Assembly: GCA_965203555.1 (NCBI GenBank) | Contig: CBDBCY010000003.1 | Location: 1 to 20,716, forward strand | DNA: 20,716 nt | Direction: 5' to 3' | Origin: Acidimicrobiia bacterium | Lineage (GTDB): Bacteria > Actinomycetota > Acidimicrobiia > Spongiisociales > ZC4RG35 | Part shown: positions 7,350-16,326 of the stretch, in pieces | Layout of the letters: every line of letters begins with the position of its first letter | Numbering within the stretch: position 1 is the first letter of the stretch | The notes under the pieces: generated by a model | Told to the model about the DNA's origin: nothing | Seen by the model: only the letters and a program-made list of their open reading frames with translations | Database searches by the model: none | Translations under genes and position numbers: made by a program

Positions 7350-8798
7350 ATGGACAACCTTTTCGCCCGTAACCGGCGACGACTAGCCGAGATGGTCGGC
7401 CCCGAAGGTTTAGCAGTGGTGATGGCGGGTGTCCCGAGTCCCCGCAACAACGACGTGGAGCACATCTTCCGCCAGGACTCCGACTTCTTCTATCTCACCG
7501 GCTTCGGCGAACCGCATGCGGCAGCGGTGATCGCTCCCGAGCACCCCCGGGGAGAGTTCACACTGTTCGTCCAGCCGGCAGATCGCCAACGGGAAATATG
7601 GAACGGACCGCGGGCGGGAGTGGACGGCGCCAAGGAAACCTACGGCGCCGATGCCGCCTATCCGGTGACGGAATTCGACAAACGCCTACCAGGACTGGCG
7701 CAGGGACGTTCGGAGGTATGGTTGTCTCTGGCCCCGTCCGCCCGGTCCAAACAGGTCATGAACCTGCTGGACCGGGCCCATGCCCTCCGTACCCGCCTGG
7801 GTGTGGACTTCCCCCGACGCCTCTCCGATTTGCGTCCGCTTCTCTCCGAGCTTCGACTGCGCAAGTCTTCCCAGGAAATCCAATGGCTACGGGATGCCTG
7901 TGATCTCACCATGGAAGGCCACCGGGAAGCTATGCGCTTTGCCGCGCCGGGCCGCTGGGAGTATCAGGTGCAGGCCGCCATGGAGACCGTGTGGAGGATG
8001 GGAGGCTCTCCCCGTGACGGATACCCGTCCATCGTCGCCTCCGGACCGAACGCCTGCATCCTCCACTATGTGAACAGCAACCGCCAGATGCAGGACGGCG
8101 AGCTTCTGCTGGTGGACGCAGCCTGCGAACTGCATCACTTCACATCCGACATCACCCGCACCTTTCCGGTCTCGGGTTCTTATTCCGGTCCGCAGCTTCG
8201 CGTCTACCAGGTGGTGCTGGACGCCCAAGAGGCTGCGATCGCAGCCTGCCAACCGGGAAGTCACATCCGGGCGCCACACGAGGCGGCTGTGGGTGTCCTG
8301 GTGGAAGGCATGGTGGAGTTGGGCCTTTTGCCCACCGGTTTCGAGGATGCGATGGACATGAACCTGTACCAGGAGTTCTTCATGCATGGAACCTCCCACT
8401 GGTTGGGGATGGATGTCCATGATGCCGGGGCCTATCGGGTTGAGGGCGCCGATCGCTGCCTGGAGCCGGGAATGGCCCTGACGGTCGAGCCGGGGATATA
8501 TGTTGACCCCTCCCGCCCCGAGGTGGAGTTCACGATGCTGCAATTCGATGCCGACCAGTGGGCCAGGGAGAAAATGCTTGACCCGGCGGCTTCGGCCCGC
8601 CACAGGGAACTACGGGACGAAGCCCCCAAAGTGACCCATGCCCTTCCCCCCGAACTGTTGGGAATCGGAGTCAGAATCGAGGATGACGTGGTGATAACCG
8701 ACCGCGGCCACGAGGTACTCACCGCCGCTTTGGCCAAGACGCCGGAGGAGGTAGAGGAGTTGTGCCTGCAGGCTCCGCTACACAGCCCGCAACGATGA
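7350..8798 (+). CDS. pepP: Xaa-Pro aminopeptidase (aminopeptidase P, M24B)
   Basis: RNNDVEHIFRQDSDFFYLTGF, LVDAACE...SDITRTFP, HGTSHWLGMDVHD, TVEPGIY, GVRIEDD. SD AAGGA. Confidence 0.95.
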   Translation: MDNLFARNRRRLAEMVGPEGLAVVMAGVPSPRNNDVEHIFRQDSDFFYLTGFGEPHAAAVIAPEHPRGEFTLFVQPADRQREIWNGPRAGVDGAKETYGADAAYPVTEFDKRLPGLAQGRSEVWLSLAPSARSKQVMNLLDRAHALRTRLGVDFPRRLSDLRPLLSELRLRKSSQEIQWLRDACDLTMEGHREAMRFAAPGRWEYQVQAAMETVWRMGGSPRDGYPSIVASGPNACILHYVNSNRQMQDGELLLVDAACELHHFTSDITRTFPVSGSYSGPQLRVYQVVLDAQEAAIAACQPGSHIRAPHEAAVGVLVEGMVELGLLPTGFEDAMDMNLYQEFFMHGTSHWLGMDVHDAGAYRVEGADRCLEPGMALTVEPGIYVDPSRPEVEFTMLQFDADQWAREKMLDPAASARHRELRDEAPKVTHALPPELLGIGVRIEDDVVITDRGHEVLTAALAKTPEEVEELCLQAPLHSPQR

Positions 8799-10606
8799 CA
8801 GGAGATGCGGTGAATGCCCTGCGTATCGCCAATTGTTCCGGCTTTTACGGTGACCGGCTCGCCGCGGCCCGGGAGATGGTGGAAGGAGGGCCCATCGATG
8901 TTCTCACCGGGGACTATCTGGCCGAACTGACCATGGCGATCCTCTGGCGGTTGCGGCGACGGGATCCCAAGGGCGGGTATGTCCGCACCTTTCTGACACA
9001 GATGGAACAAGTGTTGGGAACCTGCCTGGATCGGGGAATAAAAGTGGTGTCCAACGCCGGCGGACTCAACCCGGAGGGAATGGCGGAACGGTTGGGAGAA
9101 CTGGCCGATCGTCTCGGTCTGCAACCGCGGATCGCCTGTGTAACGGGAGACGATCTTTCCGGGCGGGTAGGGGAGTTGCAGAAGCTGAACGGGCTACGCC
9201 ACTTCGATACCGGACAGCCCCTGCCGTCGAGCATCAAACCCCTCACCGCCAACGCCTACCTGGGCGGAACGGGCATTGCCCAGGCGCTTTCCCGGGGCGC
9301 CGACGTGGTGGTTACGGGACGGGTAACAGACGCCGCAGTGGTGATCGGCCCGGGGATGTGGGCCTTCGACTGGGCAGTGGACGACTACGACGCCCTGGCC
9401 GGCGCCCTGGTGGCGGGGCACATCATCGAATGCGGAGCACAGTGCACCGGGGGAAACTATGCCTTCTTCGACCGGGTGCCCATGCCCGAGCGGGTGGGAT
9501 TTCCCATCGCCGAGCTGGCGGCTGACGGCTCGGCGGTTATAACCAAGCACCCGGGAACCGGAGGGCTGGTGTCGGTGGGAACCGTCACTGCCCAACTCTT
9601 GTACGAGGTGGGAGGGGTGCGATATCACAATCCCGATGTAACCGCCCGTCTCGATACCATCCAACTCTCCCAGAAGGGACCCGACCGGGTGGCGGTCACC
9701 GGAGTCCGCGGTGAACCCCCTCCCTCCACTTTGAAAGTTGCTCTCAACTACCTGGGTGGATACCGCAACAGCGTCACCATGATGATTACCGGCCTGGACG
9801 CCGATCGGAAGGCGGAGTCGGTCACCAGGGCTTTGTGGGAGAGTCTGGGAGGAGCAGAACAGTTTGGGGAGGCGGCCGTCACTTTCAGTGACACCGGCCA
9901 TGCCGATCCCGCCACCAACGAGGCGGCTATGTCGCAACTTCGCATCACAGTCAAGGATGCCGATCCCAAAAAGGTTGGCCGCCGTTTCTCGCGGGCGGCC
10001 GTGGAGTTGGCGCTGGCGCACTATCCGGGATTCTTCATGACCGCTCCGCCGCAGGACTCCTCTCCCTACGCCGTTTACTGGCCGACCGCCGTGGACACTT
10101 CCGAGGTCGTCCAGAAGGTACGTTTGGGGGACCGCGAGAGGGAAGTTCCCCTCTACCGGCCACCCGAGGCCGGGGCCGGCGGAGACACCAGCCTTGCACC
10201 GGCCGGCGCCGATTCCACCGCCGAATCGAGGGACAGTTCGCGGTGGCACGGCGCACAGACGGTGATGGTCCCCCTGGGAAGGGTTGCCGGTGCTCGTTCC
10301 GGTGACAAGGGCGGAGACGCCAATGTGGGGGTTTGGGCAGAGAGCCCGGATGCCTTCGAGTGGATTGTCCAGTTCCTAACCGTTTCACGCTTCCGAAAAA
10401 TGGTGTCCGAAGCCGCCGACCTCAAGGTGGAACGGCACATTCTTCCCAACCTGTGGGCGATCAACTTCGTGGTACGCGGACTCCTGGGAGAGGGAGTATC
10501 GTCCAACACTCACACCGATCCGCAGGCCAAGAGCCTGGGCGAGTATCTGCGGGCCAAATATGTTCCGCTGCCCGTGTCCCTCCTTGAGGAAGGCTGTTCT
10601 TCTTGA
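8795..10606 (+). CDS. Acyclic terpene utilization AtuA (DUF1446) family protein
   Basis: LRIANCSGFYGDR, GDYLAELTM, GHIIECGAQCTGGN, ARSGDKGGDANVG, DPQAKSLGEYLR. ATGA overlap with the pepP stop; alternative start GTG 8810 after AGGAG. Confidence 0.9.
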   Translation: MTGDAVNALRIANCSGFYGDRLAAAREMVEGGPIDVLTGDYLAELTMAILWRLRRRDPKGGYVRTFLTQMEQVLGTCLDRGIKVVSNAGGLNPEGMAERLGELADRLGLQPRIACVTGDDLSGRVGELQKLNGLRHFDTGQPLPSSIKPLTANAYLGGTGIAQALSRGADVVVTGRVTDAAVVIGPGMWAFDWAVDDYDALAGALVAGHIIECGAQCTGGNYAFFDRVPMPERVGFPIAELAADGSAVITKHPGTGGLVSVGTVTAQLLYEVGGVRYHNPDVTARLDTIQLSQKGPDRVAVTGVRGEPPPSTLKVALNYLGGYRNSVTMMITGLDADRKAESVTRALWESLGGAEQFGEAAVTFSDTGHADPATNEAAMSQLRITVKDADPKKVGRRFSRAAVELALAHYPGFFMTAPPQDSSPYAVYWPTAVDTSEVVQKVRLGDREREVPLYRPPEAGAGGDTSLAPAGADSTAESRDSSRWHGAQTVMVPLGRVAGARSGDKGGDANVGVWAESPDAFEWIVQFLTVSRFRKMVSEAADLKVERHILPNLWAINFVVRGLLGEGVSSNTHTDPQAKSLGEYLRAKYVPLPVSLLEEGCSS

Positions 10607-10652
10607 GGCGGGCTCGGACGAATCGGAGGCAGCGCCAACTCCTGGTCTGTGG

Positions 10653-12230
10653 TCAGACGCTCCATCCTGACGGAGGGGTTCGGCCAAGGCTGTGCCGTTG
10701 AGGATTGACTGAGCCGGAGAATCCGGGCAGGGGTTCTTCGTCAGGGGTCTCATCGCGGAAAGGAGATGCCGCTTGCGGCCACTGACTCCTTAAATCAGGT
10801 GGGACGGCGGATCGGATCGGCGACTCGCTTCGCTGAGTGTCGAGCAGCCAAGCGATCATGGCGGCAGGGACAGCCAAAGTGTGGCGGTCATCCAAATCCA
10901 GCAGGTTACGGGTGGCCACGATACCCAACCAGGGAGAGGCTCTCAGGATGCGACCCTCGGAGTGTCGCCAGGGATCATCATCAACATACTTGGACTCTAT
11001 TGCCACGTCCCCGAAGTCCGGCCCCACGAAGTCGATCTCCCTGCCCGCCTTGGTGCGATGATGCAAGACCCGGTCAAAGTGGACGTAGGAACCAGGATTC
11101 TCCCGTTCCAAGCTGCGGAGTAAGGCCATACCCAATTGCTGTTCGGACAGGACCGACAGATCTGTGGTCTGTGACGTAAGCAGGCGGTAGACCGGATCGG
11201 TAAAATAGATCTTCTTCTGGGCCTGGAGTCTCGGCCTCAATCCTTCTTCCTTGTAACACGGCCAAACCACGAACGCCTCCCGAAGATTGTCGATTCGTTG
11301 TTGAGCGGTGGTTGGTGTCACATCTGTTGCCCGAGCGATTCGTGCTACGTTGACGGGGGATCCCAGACCTGCGGCGAGACGTTGCAACATCTTCTTGGTC
11401 TGGAGGTCGGATTGCCGAGCCCTTCGGAAAGCGTCACCACTTATGACTTCCCACAGTCCTCTCCACAGAGCAGGATCGACCTCACGCTCGCGTAGATAGC
11501 CCGACACAGCAAGAGGGAAGCCTCCCACCCAAAGGTAGATCTCCCAGGCATTGACCAGTATCCCCAGCCAGGGCGCCAACTCGAAACACGCTTCGCGCAA
11601 CTGCTCGGCGAGGGTATCGATCCGCAAAGGTCCGATCTCCTCAGGTAGCTTGCCGTTTGCCACCAGAGCCACGAAATCTCGGAATCCCATCGGCAACAAG
11701 ACCCGATCCGGAGTCGTGGCCGCGCCTCGCCGTCCCGCCAGCACACCCACCGCCTCCCGCAGATCTGCCGAGGACGAGCCGGTTAGAACCACCGTATCTG
11801 TTTGGAAGCGAGGATCGTTGTCCCTCAGCCATTTGATCCTTTGCGGCCAACTTCCGATCATCCCGGTGATCTCGTCGAGAAACCAATAGCGGGGACCGTC
11901 CAGTGTCAGTTGTTGGGCGGCGTCGACCAAACGGTGTAACCGGTTGGCGCTCCAGCCTTCCATCGACATATGCACTATCCGACGGGGGTGGACTCCGTCG
12001 GATAGCAGGCCCACGATGGCACGCTTCACCTCTACCGACTTTCCCACCCGCCGTGGTCCTCGCAGCACATATAATCCGCCGGGCGTGAGGCCGGAGAGGA
12101 CCCCGGCTCTGTAGTGAAAGGGCGCCCTGTCAGCGTTGCGCAGATCAGGATCGTCTCCGGTCCACTCTGCCGGATGGCTCCACCATCGGTTGGTTGTCGC
12201 CAGGCTCTGATGGATCTCCCCCGGTTTCAT
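10653..12230 (-). CDS. AAA_14-type ATPase with wHTH and C-terminal DUF4143 (PD-(D/E)xK nuclease-like) domain
   Basis: Start MKPGEI at ATG 12230. Walker A GPRRVGKS, Walker B WFLDEI, VVLTGSS, LAGR, GGFP, KKIYFTDP, REIDFV...AIESKY. Confidence 0.88.
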   Translation of the reverse strand: MKPGEIHQSLATTNRWWSHPAEWTGDDPDLRNADRAPFHYRAGVLSGLTPGGLYVLRGPRRVGKSVEVKRAIVGLLSDGVHPRRIVHMSMEGWSANRLHRLVDAAQQLTLDGPRYWFLDEITGMIGSWPQRIKWLRDNDPRFQTDTVVLTGSSSADLREAVGVLAGRRGAATTPDRVLLPMGFRDFVALVANGKLPEEIGPLRIDTLAEQLREACFELAPWLGILVNAWEIYLWVGGFPLAVSGYLREREVDPALWRGLWEVISGDAFRRARQSDLQTKKMLQRLAAGLGSPVNVARIARATDVTPTTAQQRIDNLREAFVVWPCYKEEGLRPRLQAQKKIYFTDPVYRLLTSQTTDLSVLSEQQLGMALLRSLERENPGSYVHFDRVLHHRTKAGREIDFVGPDFGDVAIESKYVDDDPWRHSEGRILRASPWLGIVATRNLLDLDDRHTLAVPAAMIAWLLDTQRSESPIRSAVPPDLRSQWPQAASPFRDETPDEEPLPGFSGSVNPQRHSLGRTPPSGWSV

Positions 12231-12250
12231 GTGCGCCAAACCCCCTGCAT

Positions 12251-12320
12251 TGGATTTTATGCTAGTAAAACTTCTAATAGATTTAATAAATATATTTCTT
12301 ATCTTCTGTTTCTTTGGAAT
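12251..12320. promoter_or_regulatory. Very AT-rich divergent control region
   Basis: 15 G/C in 70 nt. Minus-strand TAAAAT (12259-12254); palindromes TTTTA-N6-TAAAA (12255-12270) and AAATATATTT (12288-12297). Confidence 0.55.
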
Positions 12321-12419
12321 TAGCTTCCCAATGGCGAGCCCGATAGATGCCCCTGCCAGTGGAGAAATCAACCAACCCGCTCGAAAAGAAGCCCCCATCC
12401 GATGTGTATCCTGGGTTCG

Positions 12420-13331
12420 GTGCCCTCCGCCATAACTGTGAAGAACCTGGTGAAGAGATATGGCGAGGTGACTGCGCTTGATGGGGTGAGTTTCTCGGTG
12501 GCTGAAGGGGAGGTTCTGGCGTTGCTCGGACCCAATGGAGCGGGGAAAACCACCGCAGTCGAGATAATGGAGGGGTACCGTCAGGCCGACTCCGGCGAAA
12601 TCGACGTGCTCGGCTTTAATCCAGCCGCCGGCGGGCGGGCCTTCCGCGATCGGATCGGCATCGTGCTCCAGGAAACCGGCGTCGAACTGGTTCTGACTGT
12701 GCGGGAAGTGATCGAACTGTACGGGATGTCCTATTCCCGTCGGCGCCCCGCCCATGACCTCATCTCGCTGGTTGGGCTGGAGGAAAAGGCCGATGCCCGG
12801 ATCAAGACTCTGTCAGGCGGCCAGCGTCGCCGACTCGACCTCGCCCTGGGACTGGTGGGAGATCCTGATCTGGTGTTCTTGGACGAACCCACCACCGGAT
12901 TCGACCCTGCTGCACGCCGCAAGTCCTGGGAATTGGTGGAAGGGCTCACCGCCCTGGGTAAAACCATTCTCCTGACTACCCACTACCTCGACGAAGCTCA
13001 GCATCTGGCCGATCGGATAGTGGTTCTCAACGAGGGAAGAATCGTGGCTGAGGGAACGCCCCAGTCTTTGGGCTCGACACAGGCAGTCACCACAGTCCGA
13101 TTCAGCATTGCCGACACCGCCGGGCTCCCTGCTCTTGGCGACGGTCCCGCCATAACGGACAACAAGGTGACGTACCACACCACCCAGCCGACCGCCGATC
13201 TGTACTCCCTCACCCGCTGGGCTGTTGAGCGGAGCGTGGAATTGGTCGGCCTGACGGTGACCCGGCCCAGCCTGGAGGACATCTACCTCGACATCATGGA
13301 CCAGGCGGACATTGAAAAGCAGCAAGGATGA
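12420..13331 (+). CDS. ABC-2 type exporter, ATP-binding subunit
   Basis: GPNGAGKT, LSGGQRRR, VFLDEPTTG, TTHYLDEA, SLEDIYL. GTG 12420 lies 7 nt after TATCCT (12407-12412), so likely leaderless; the ORF track starts at 12402. Confidence 0.95.
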   Translation: MPSAITVKNLVKRYGEVTALDGVSFSVAEGEVLALLGPNGAGKTTAVEIMEGYRQADSGEIDVLGFNPAAGGRAFRDRIGIVLQETGVELVLTVREVIELYGMSYSRRRPAHDLISLVGLEEKADARIKTLSGGQRRRLDLALGLVGDPDLVFLDEPTTGFDPAARRKSWELVEGLTALGKTILLTTHYLDEAQHLADRIVVLNEGRIVAEGTPQSLGSTQAVTTVRFSIADTAGLPALGDGPAITDNKVTYHTTQPTADLYSLTRWAVERSVELVGLTVTRPSLEDIYLDIMDQADIEKQQG

Positions 13332-14110
13332 CCGCTGTGCGAGCCGGCCTTCCCTTGTTGTGGCGACAGATCCGCAGCCAGAACCGCACCTTTTGGAGAA
13401 CACCGGTGGCCGCTTTCTTCACCTTGGCCCTCCCGGTCTTCTTCCTGGTGTTGTTCAGTGTGCTGTTTGGAAGCGCCGAGGTGACCGAGGGGTACCGGTT
13501 CTCTCAATTCTTCGCGCCCGCCATGGCGGTCTTCGCGGCCGGATCGGCAACTTTCACCAGCCTGTCGATCGGCACCGCCCTGGCCCGCGATCAGGGCATT
13601 CTCAAGCGGGTGCGGGGCACACCGCTTCCACCATGGATCTACATGGGAGGGCGGATCGGCTCAGCGGTGTGGGTCGCGTTGGTGTCGGTGGTGGTGATGT
13701 TCTCGGTGGCATGGGCTTTGTTCGGCTTCGTCATGTTATGGGACAACCTGGGAGTTGCCCTGCTGGTGTTCGTACTGGGCATGGCCACCTTTTCGGCGCT
13801 CGGCCTGTCGGTATGTGCAGTTGTCAAGAACGCCGACTCGGTGCCGGCGGTGGCCAATGCCGTCTTTCTGCCGATGGCTTTCATCTCGGGGATCTTCATC
13901 CCCCTCGACGATGCCCCAGGGTGGCTGCTTGTCCTGGGAGACGTCTTCCCGCTCAAGCATTTCGCGGAGCCTTTTGGCGACTCGTTCAACCCCTTCCATG
14001 ACGGGCAGATCCTGGGTTGGGAGAATCTGGCGATCATGGGCGCCTGGCTGGTGCTCGGGTTGGTACTGACCACCCGGTTCTTCAGTTGGGATCCGAAGGG
14101 TTCAGGATAG
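13328..14110 (+). CDS. ABC-2 type exporter, permease subunit
   Basis: About six TM helices, RDQGILKRVRGTP, FISGIFIP...P.WL...FPLKHF. ATGA overlap with the ATPase gene. Confidence 0.92.
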   Translation: MTAVRAGLPLLWRQIRSQNRTFWRTPVAAFFTLALPVFFLVLFSVLFGSAEVTEGYRFSQFFAPAMAVFAAGSATFTSLSIGTALARDQGILKRVRGTPLPPWIYMGGRIGSAVWVALVSVVVMFSVAWALFGFVMLWDNLGVALLVFVLGMATFSALGLSVCAVVKNADSVPAVANAVFLPMAFISGIFIPLDDAPGWLLVLGDVFPLKHFAEPFGDSFNPFHDGQILGWENLAIMGAWLVLGLVLTTRFFSWDPKGSG

Positions 14111-14141
14111 GATTTACAAGCAACCGACCTGCCGCCAGTTC

Positions 14142-14924
14142 ATGACCACACCCTTCACCAGCCTCCTCTACCGCATATATGAGCGACGCCTTTTGGCTCA
14201 GATGGACGCCTCCCGTTTTCCCCGGCATGTGGGAGTGATCCTCGACGGCCATCGCCGTTATGCCCGCCAGAGCGGGTTACCGGCCTACACGGACAGCTAC
14301 TGGGAGGGGATGCGCCGCTTCGAGAAGTTCGTCGACTGGTCGGCGGAACTCAAGATTCCGGCCATAACCGCCTGGGCTTTGTCAAAAGACAACCTCAGTC
14401 GCTCGGCCGCCGAACTCGCCCCCATCTACGAAGTGCTGATCAGCTTTTTCGAACGCATTCCGAAACGTTGCCGGCAGCACGGAATGGGACTGCGTTTCAT
14501 CGGAAGTCTCGATCTGCTGCCGTCGGGGTTGACAACCGCGGCCAAGATCGCCATGGAGCAGACCGGTCCGGGCGACGAGAACCGCAATCTGACCATCGCC
14601 ATGGGATATGGCGGGCGCCAGGAAATCGTTGACGCCTGCCGCAACCTGGTAGCCGAACTCGGGACCACTGTCAAAGATCCCGTTCAACTGGCTGAGCAAA
14701 TCGACCATGAAGGCCTGGCCCGTCACATGTATTCCGCCGGCCTTCCCGATCCGGATCTTTTGATCCGGACTTCCGGCGAGTCCCGTCTCTCGGGATTCCT
14801 GCTCTGGCAGTCCGCCTACGCCGAGTTCGTCTTCGCCGACGTCTACTGGCCGGCCTTCCGGCGAGTCGACTACCTTCGGGCGCTGCGTGACTTCTCGCGG
14901 CGGGAGCGTCGCTACGGACGCTGA
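14142..14924 (+). CDS. uppS: cis-prenyltransferase (UppS family; Rv1086/Z-FPP synthase-like N-terminus)
   Basis: LYRIYERRL, PRHVGVILDGHRR, GYGGRQEIVDA, PDPDLLIRTSGESRLSGFLLWQSAYAE, YWPAF, RERRYG. Confidence 0.9.
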   Translation: MTTPFTSLLYRIYERRLLAQMDASRFPRHVGVILDGHRRYARQSGLPAYTDSYWEGMRRFEKFVDWSAELKIPAITAWALSKDNLSRSAAELAPIYEVLISFFERIPKRCRQHGMGLRFIGSLDLLPSGLTTAAKIAMEQTGPGDENRNLTIAMGYGGRQEIVDACRNLVAELGTTVKDPVQLAEQIDHEGLARHMYSAGLPDPDLLIRTSGESRLSGFLLWQSAYAEFVFADVYWPAFRRVDYLRALRDFSRRERRYGR

Positions 14925-14926
14925 GG

Positions 14927-15607
14927 CTATTGGGTCACCTGCTCCGGCGCCAAGTGGGTGACATCTCCGAATTTCTCCAGGGCAAACATCGTCGCATGGG
15001 CCAGGGGATAGGTCCCGAGTACCGACACGGCGGTGTGCAGCGAGCGAAACTTGTGCCAGGCGATGGGCGTGGGTCCACACCCCAGCAGCGTCTCGTAGAC
15101 AACCGCGTTGGTGCCGCCGTGAGCCACCAGCACTATCGACTTTCGCTGGCCGGGTCGCCAGAGGCGAGGCTGATCGGGTTCCAACATTCGCACCCCGTAG
15201 TCTCCCAGCGACCGTAGCAGTCCGGAAGCAATTCTCTCCCGAAAGCTGTGATAGGGCTCACCCCGGCGCACCCCTTTCCAGAGCCGTTCGAGAGAAGGCG
15301 CCCGTTCGAGTTTGGAGATGCGGGCGTCGACCTGCCGGATCGGCATCCCGTCCCATTCCACCGGGTCTCCTATCTCGTTCATCCAGGAACGAACCTGCGG
15401 CGTCAAACCGAGCTTTTCCGCCAGAGGGGCGGCGGTCTCCCGAGCGCGTCTCAACTCCGAGACCCACAGTTCATCCACTCCCGACCAGGACCGCCCGGCC
15501 AGCTGCCGGGCCTGGCGCCTGCCCAATTCGGTGAGGGTCGGGTTACCCACCATTCTCCCATCCTGGGTCCAAGCGGGCTCGGCATGCCGGATGAGTATCA
15601 GCTTCAC
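14927..15607 (-). CDS. Histidine phosphatase (phosphoglycerate mutase-like) family protein
   Basis: (V)KLILIRHAE, LTELGRRQA, SELRRARETA, LVAHGG. GTG 15607 chosen because TAGCTT lies 8 nt upstream. Confidence 0.88.
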   Translation of the reverse strand: MKLILIRHAEPAWTQDGRMVGNPTLTELGRRQARQLAGRSWSGVDELWVSELRRARETAAPLAEKLGLTPQVRSWMNEIGDPVEWDGMPIRQVDARISKLERAPSLERLWKGVRRGEPYHSFRERIASGLLRSLGDYGVRMLEPDQPRLWRPGQRKSIVLVAHGGTNAVVYETLLGCGPTPIAWHKFRSLHTAVSVLGTYPLAHATMFALEKFGDVTHLAPEQVTQ

Positions 15608-15726
15608 ACCTGCAAAAGCTAACGCTTCTGTCTTTGCTTTTACCAATCGCCGAATGAAAGGCGGGTATACCGCGGGAACTTCCCCAGGTCCTTGGGGTAT
15701 CGTGTAAATCGCCCCTTCAGGAGAAA

Positions 15727-16326
15727 ATGGAAACCATCACCGTCTACAACTCTTCCCGGCGAAGCTGGCTGATCGCCCTGTCGGGCATGGTCCTGGCGGC
15801 CCTGGCCTTGGACCTGCTGGTGTGGAACAGCCTGGTCGCCGGGTTGGCCGAGCGGGTTTACCAGGGAGAGGAGGTCCTGGAGGCCCGGGAACGGGTGTGG
15901 GCGGGGATCATATTGGCGGCTGGGGCCGTTCTGATTGTTTGGGGGACTGTCTCGGGCATCCGACTCCGTCCGGTCCTCATCGTGGCGCCCGACGGTCTCC
16001 ACCTTGCGCTGCGCGGACCCTTCCGCTCACTCCACCTCCTACCGTGGCGCTGGATTGAAGGTGTCTTCGCGCAACCGACCAACGATGACGGGAGCCGGTT
16101 GTCGAGCCTGACCATCGTGCTGCATCCCATTTACCTCGGACACGACCTTCCCTGGGACCCGTGGGGAGCGAGATGGACGGGAAGCCGGATCTTGAGAGTG
16201 TTGGCTTCTGACTGGTCGGTTCGCGCCGAAGTAGTGTCCACAGTGAGTAACCAATACCTCAGCCGTTTGACCGAACAGGTCCAAGTGGAGGACACCGAAC
16301 AGGTCCAAGTGGAGGACAATGCCTAG
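15727..16326 (+). CDS. Hypothetical membrane protein (2 TM helices plus a possible bacterial PH-like domain)
   Basis: SD AGGAGA; two hydrophobic helices followed by a beta-rich segment (LIVAPDGLHL...LLPWRWI); overlaps the nfo start by 8 nt. Confidence 0.75.
   Translation: METITVYNSSRRSWLIALSGMVLAALALDLLVWNSLVAGLAERVYQGEEVLEARERVWAGIILAAGAVLIVWGTVSGIRLRPVLIVAPDGLHLALRGPFRSLHLLPWRWIEGVFAQPTNDDGSRLSSLTIVLHPIYLGHDLPWDPWGARWTGSRILRVLASDWSVRAEVVSTVSNQYLSRLTEQVQVEDTEQVQVEDNA
16270..16317 (+). repeat. Perfect 24-bp tandem duplication
   Basis: ACCGAACAGGTCCAAGTGGAGGAC x2 (16270-16293, 16294-16317), encoding TEQVQVED twice. Confidence 0.95.

Noticed and set aside
10725-10750. Hammerhead ribozyme core (CTGACGA on the minus strand)
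   Set aside because: No stem II followed by GAAA.
1-12230. A unified defence island (Fic, dGTPase, YgjP, AAA-nuclease)
   Set aside because: The genes are scattered among housekeeping and metabolic genes in different orientations, with no shared operon or mobility genes.
12231-12755. 700-aa version of the AAA ATPase
   Set aside because: The extension runs antisense through the ABC gene and the AT-rich promoter region.
16270-16317. CRISPR repeat
   Set aside because: Two adjacent copies without a spacer, in frame within a CDS, and no cas genes.
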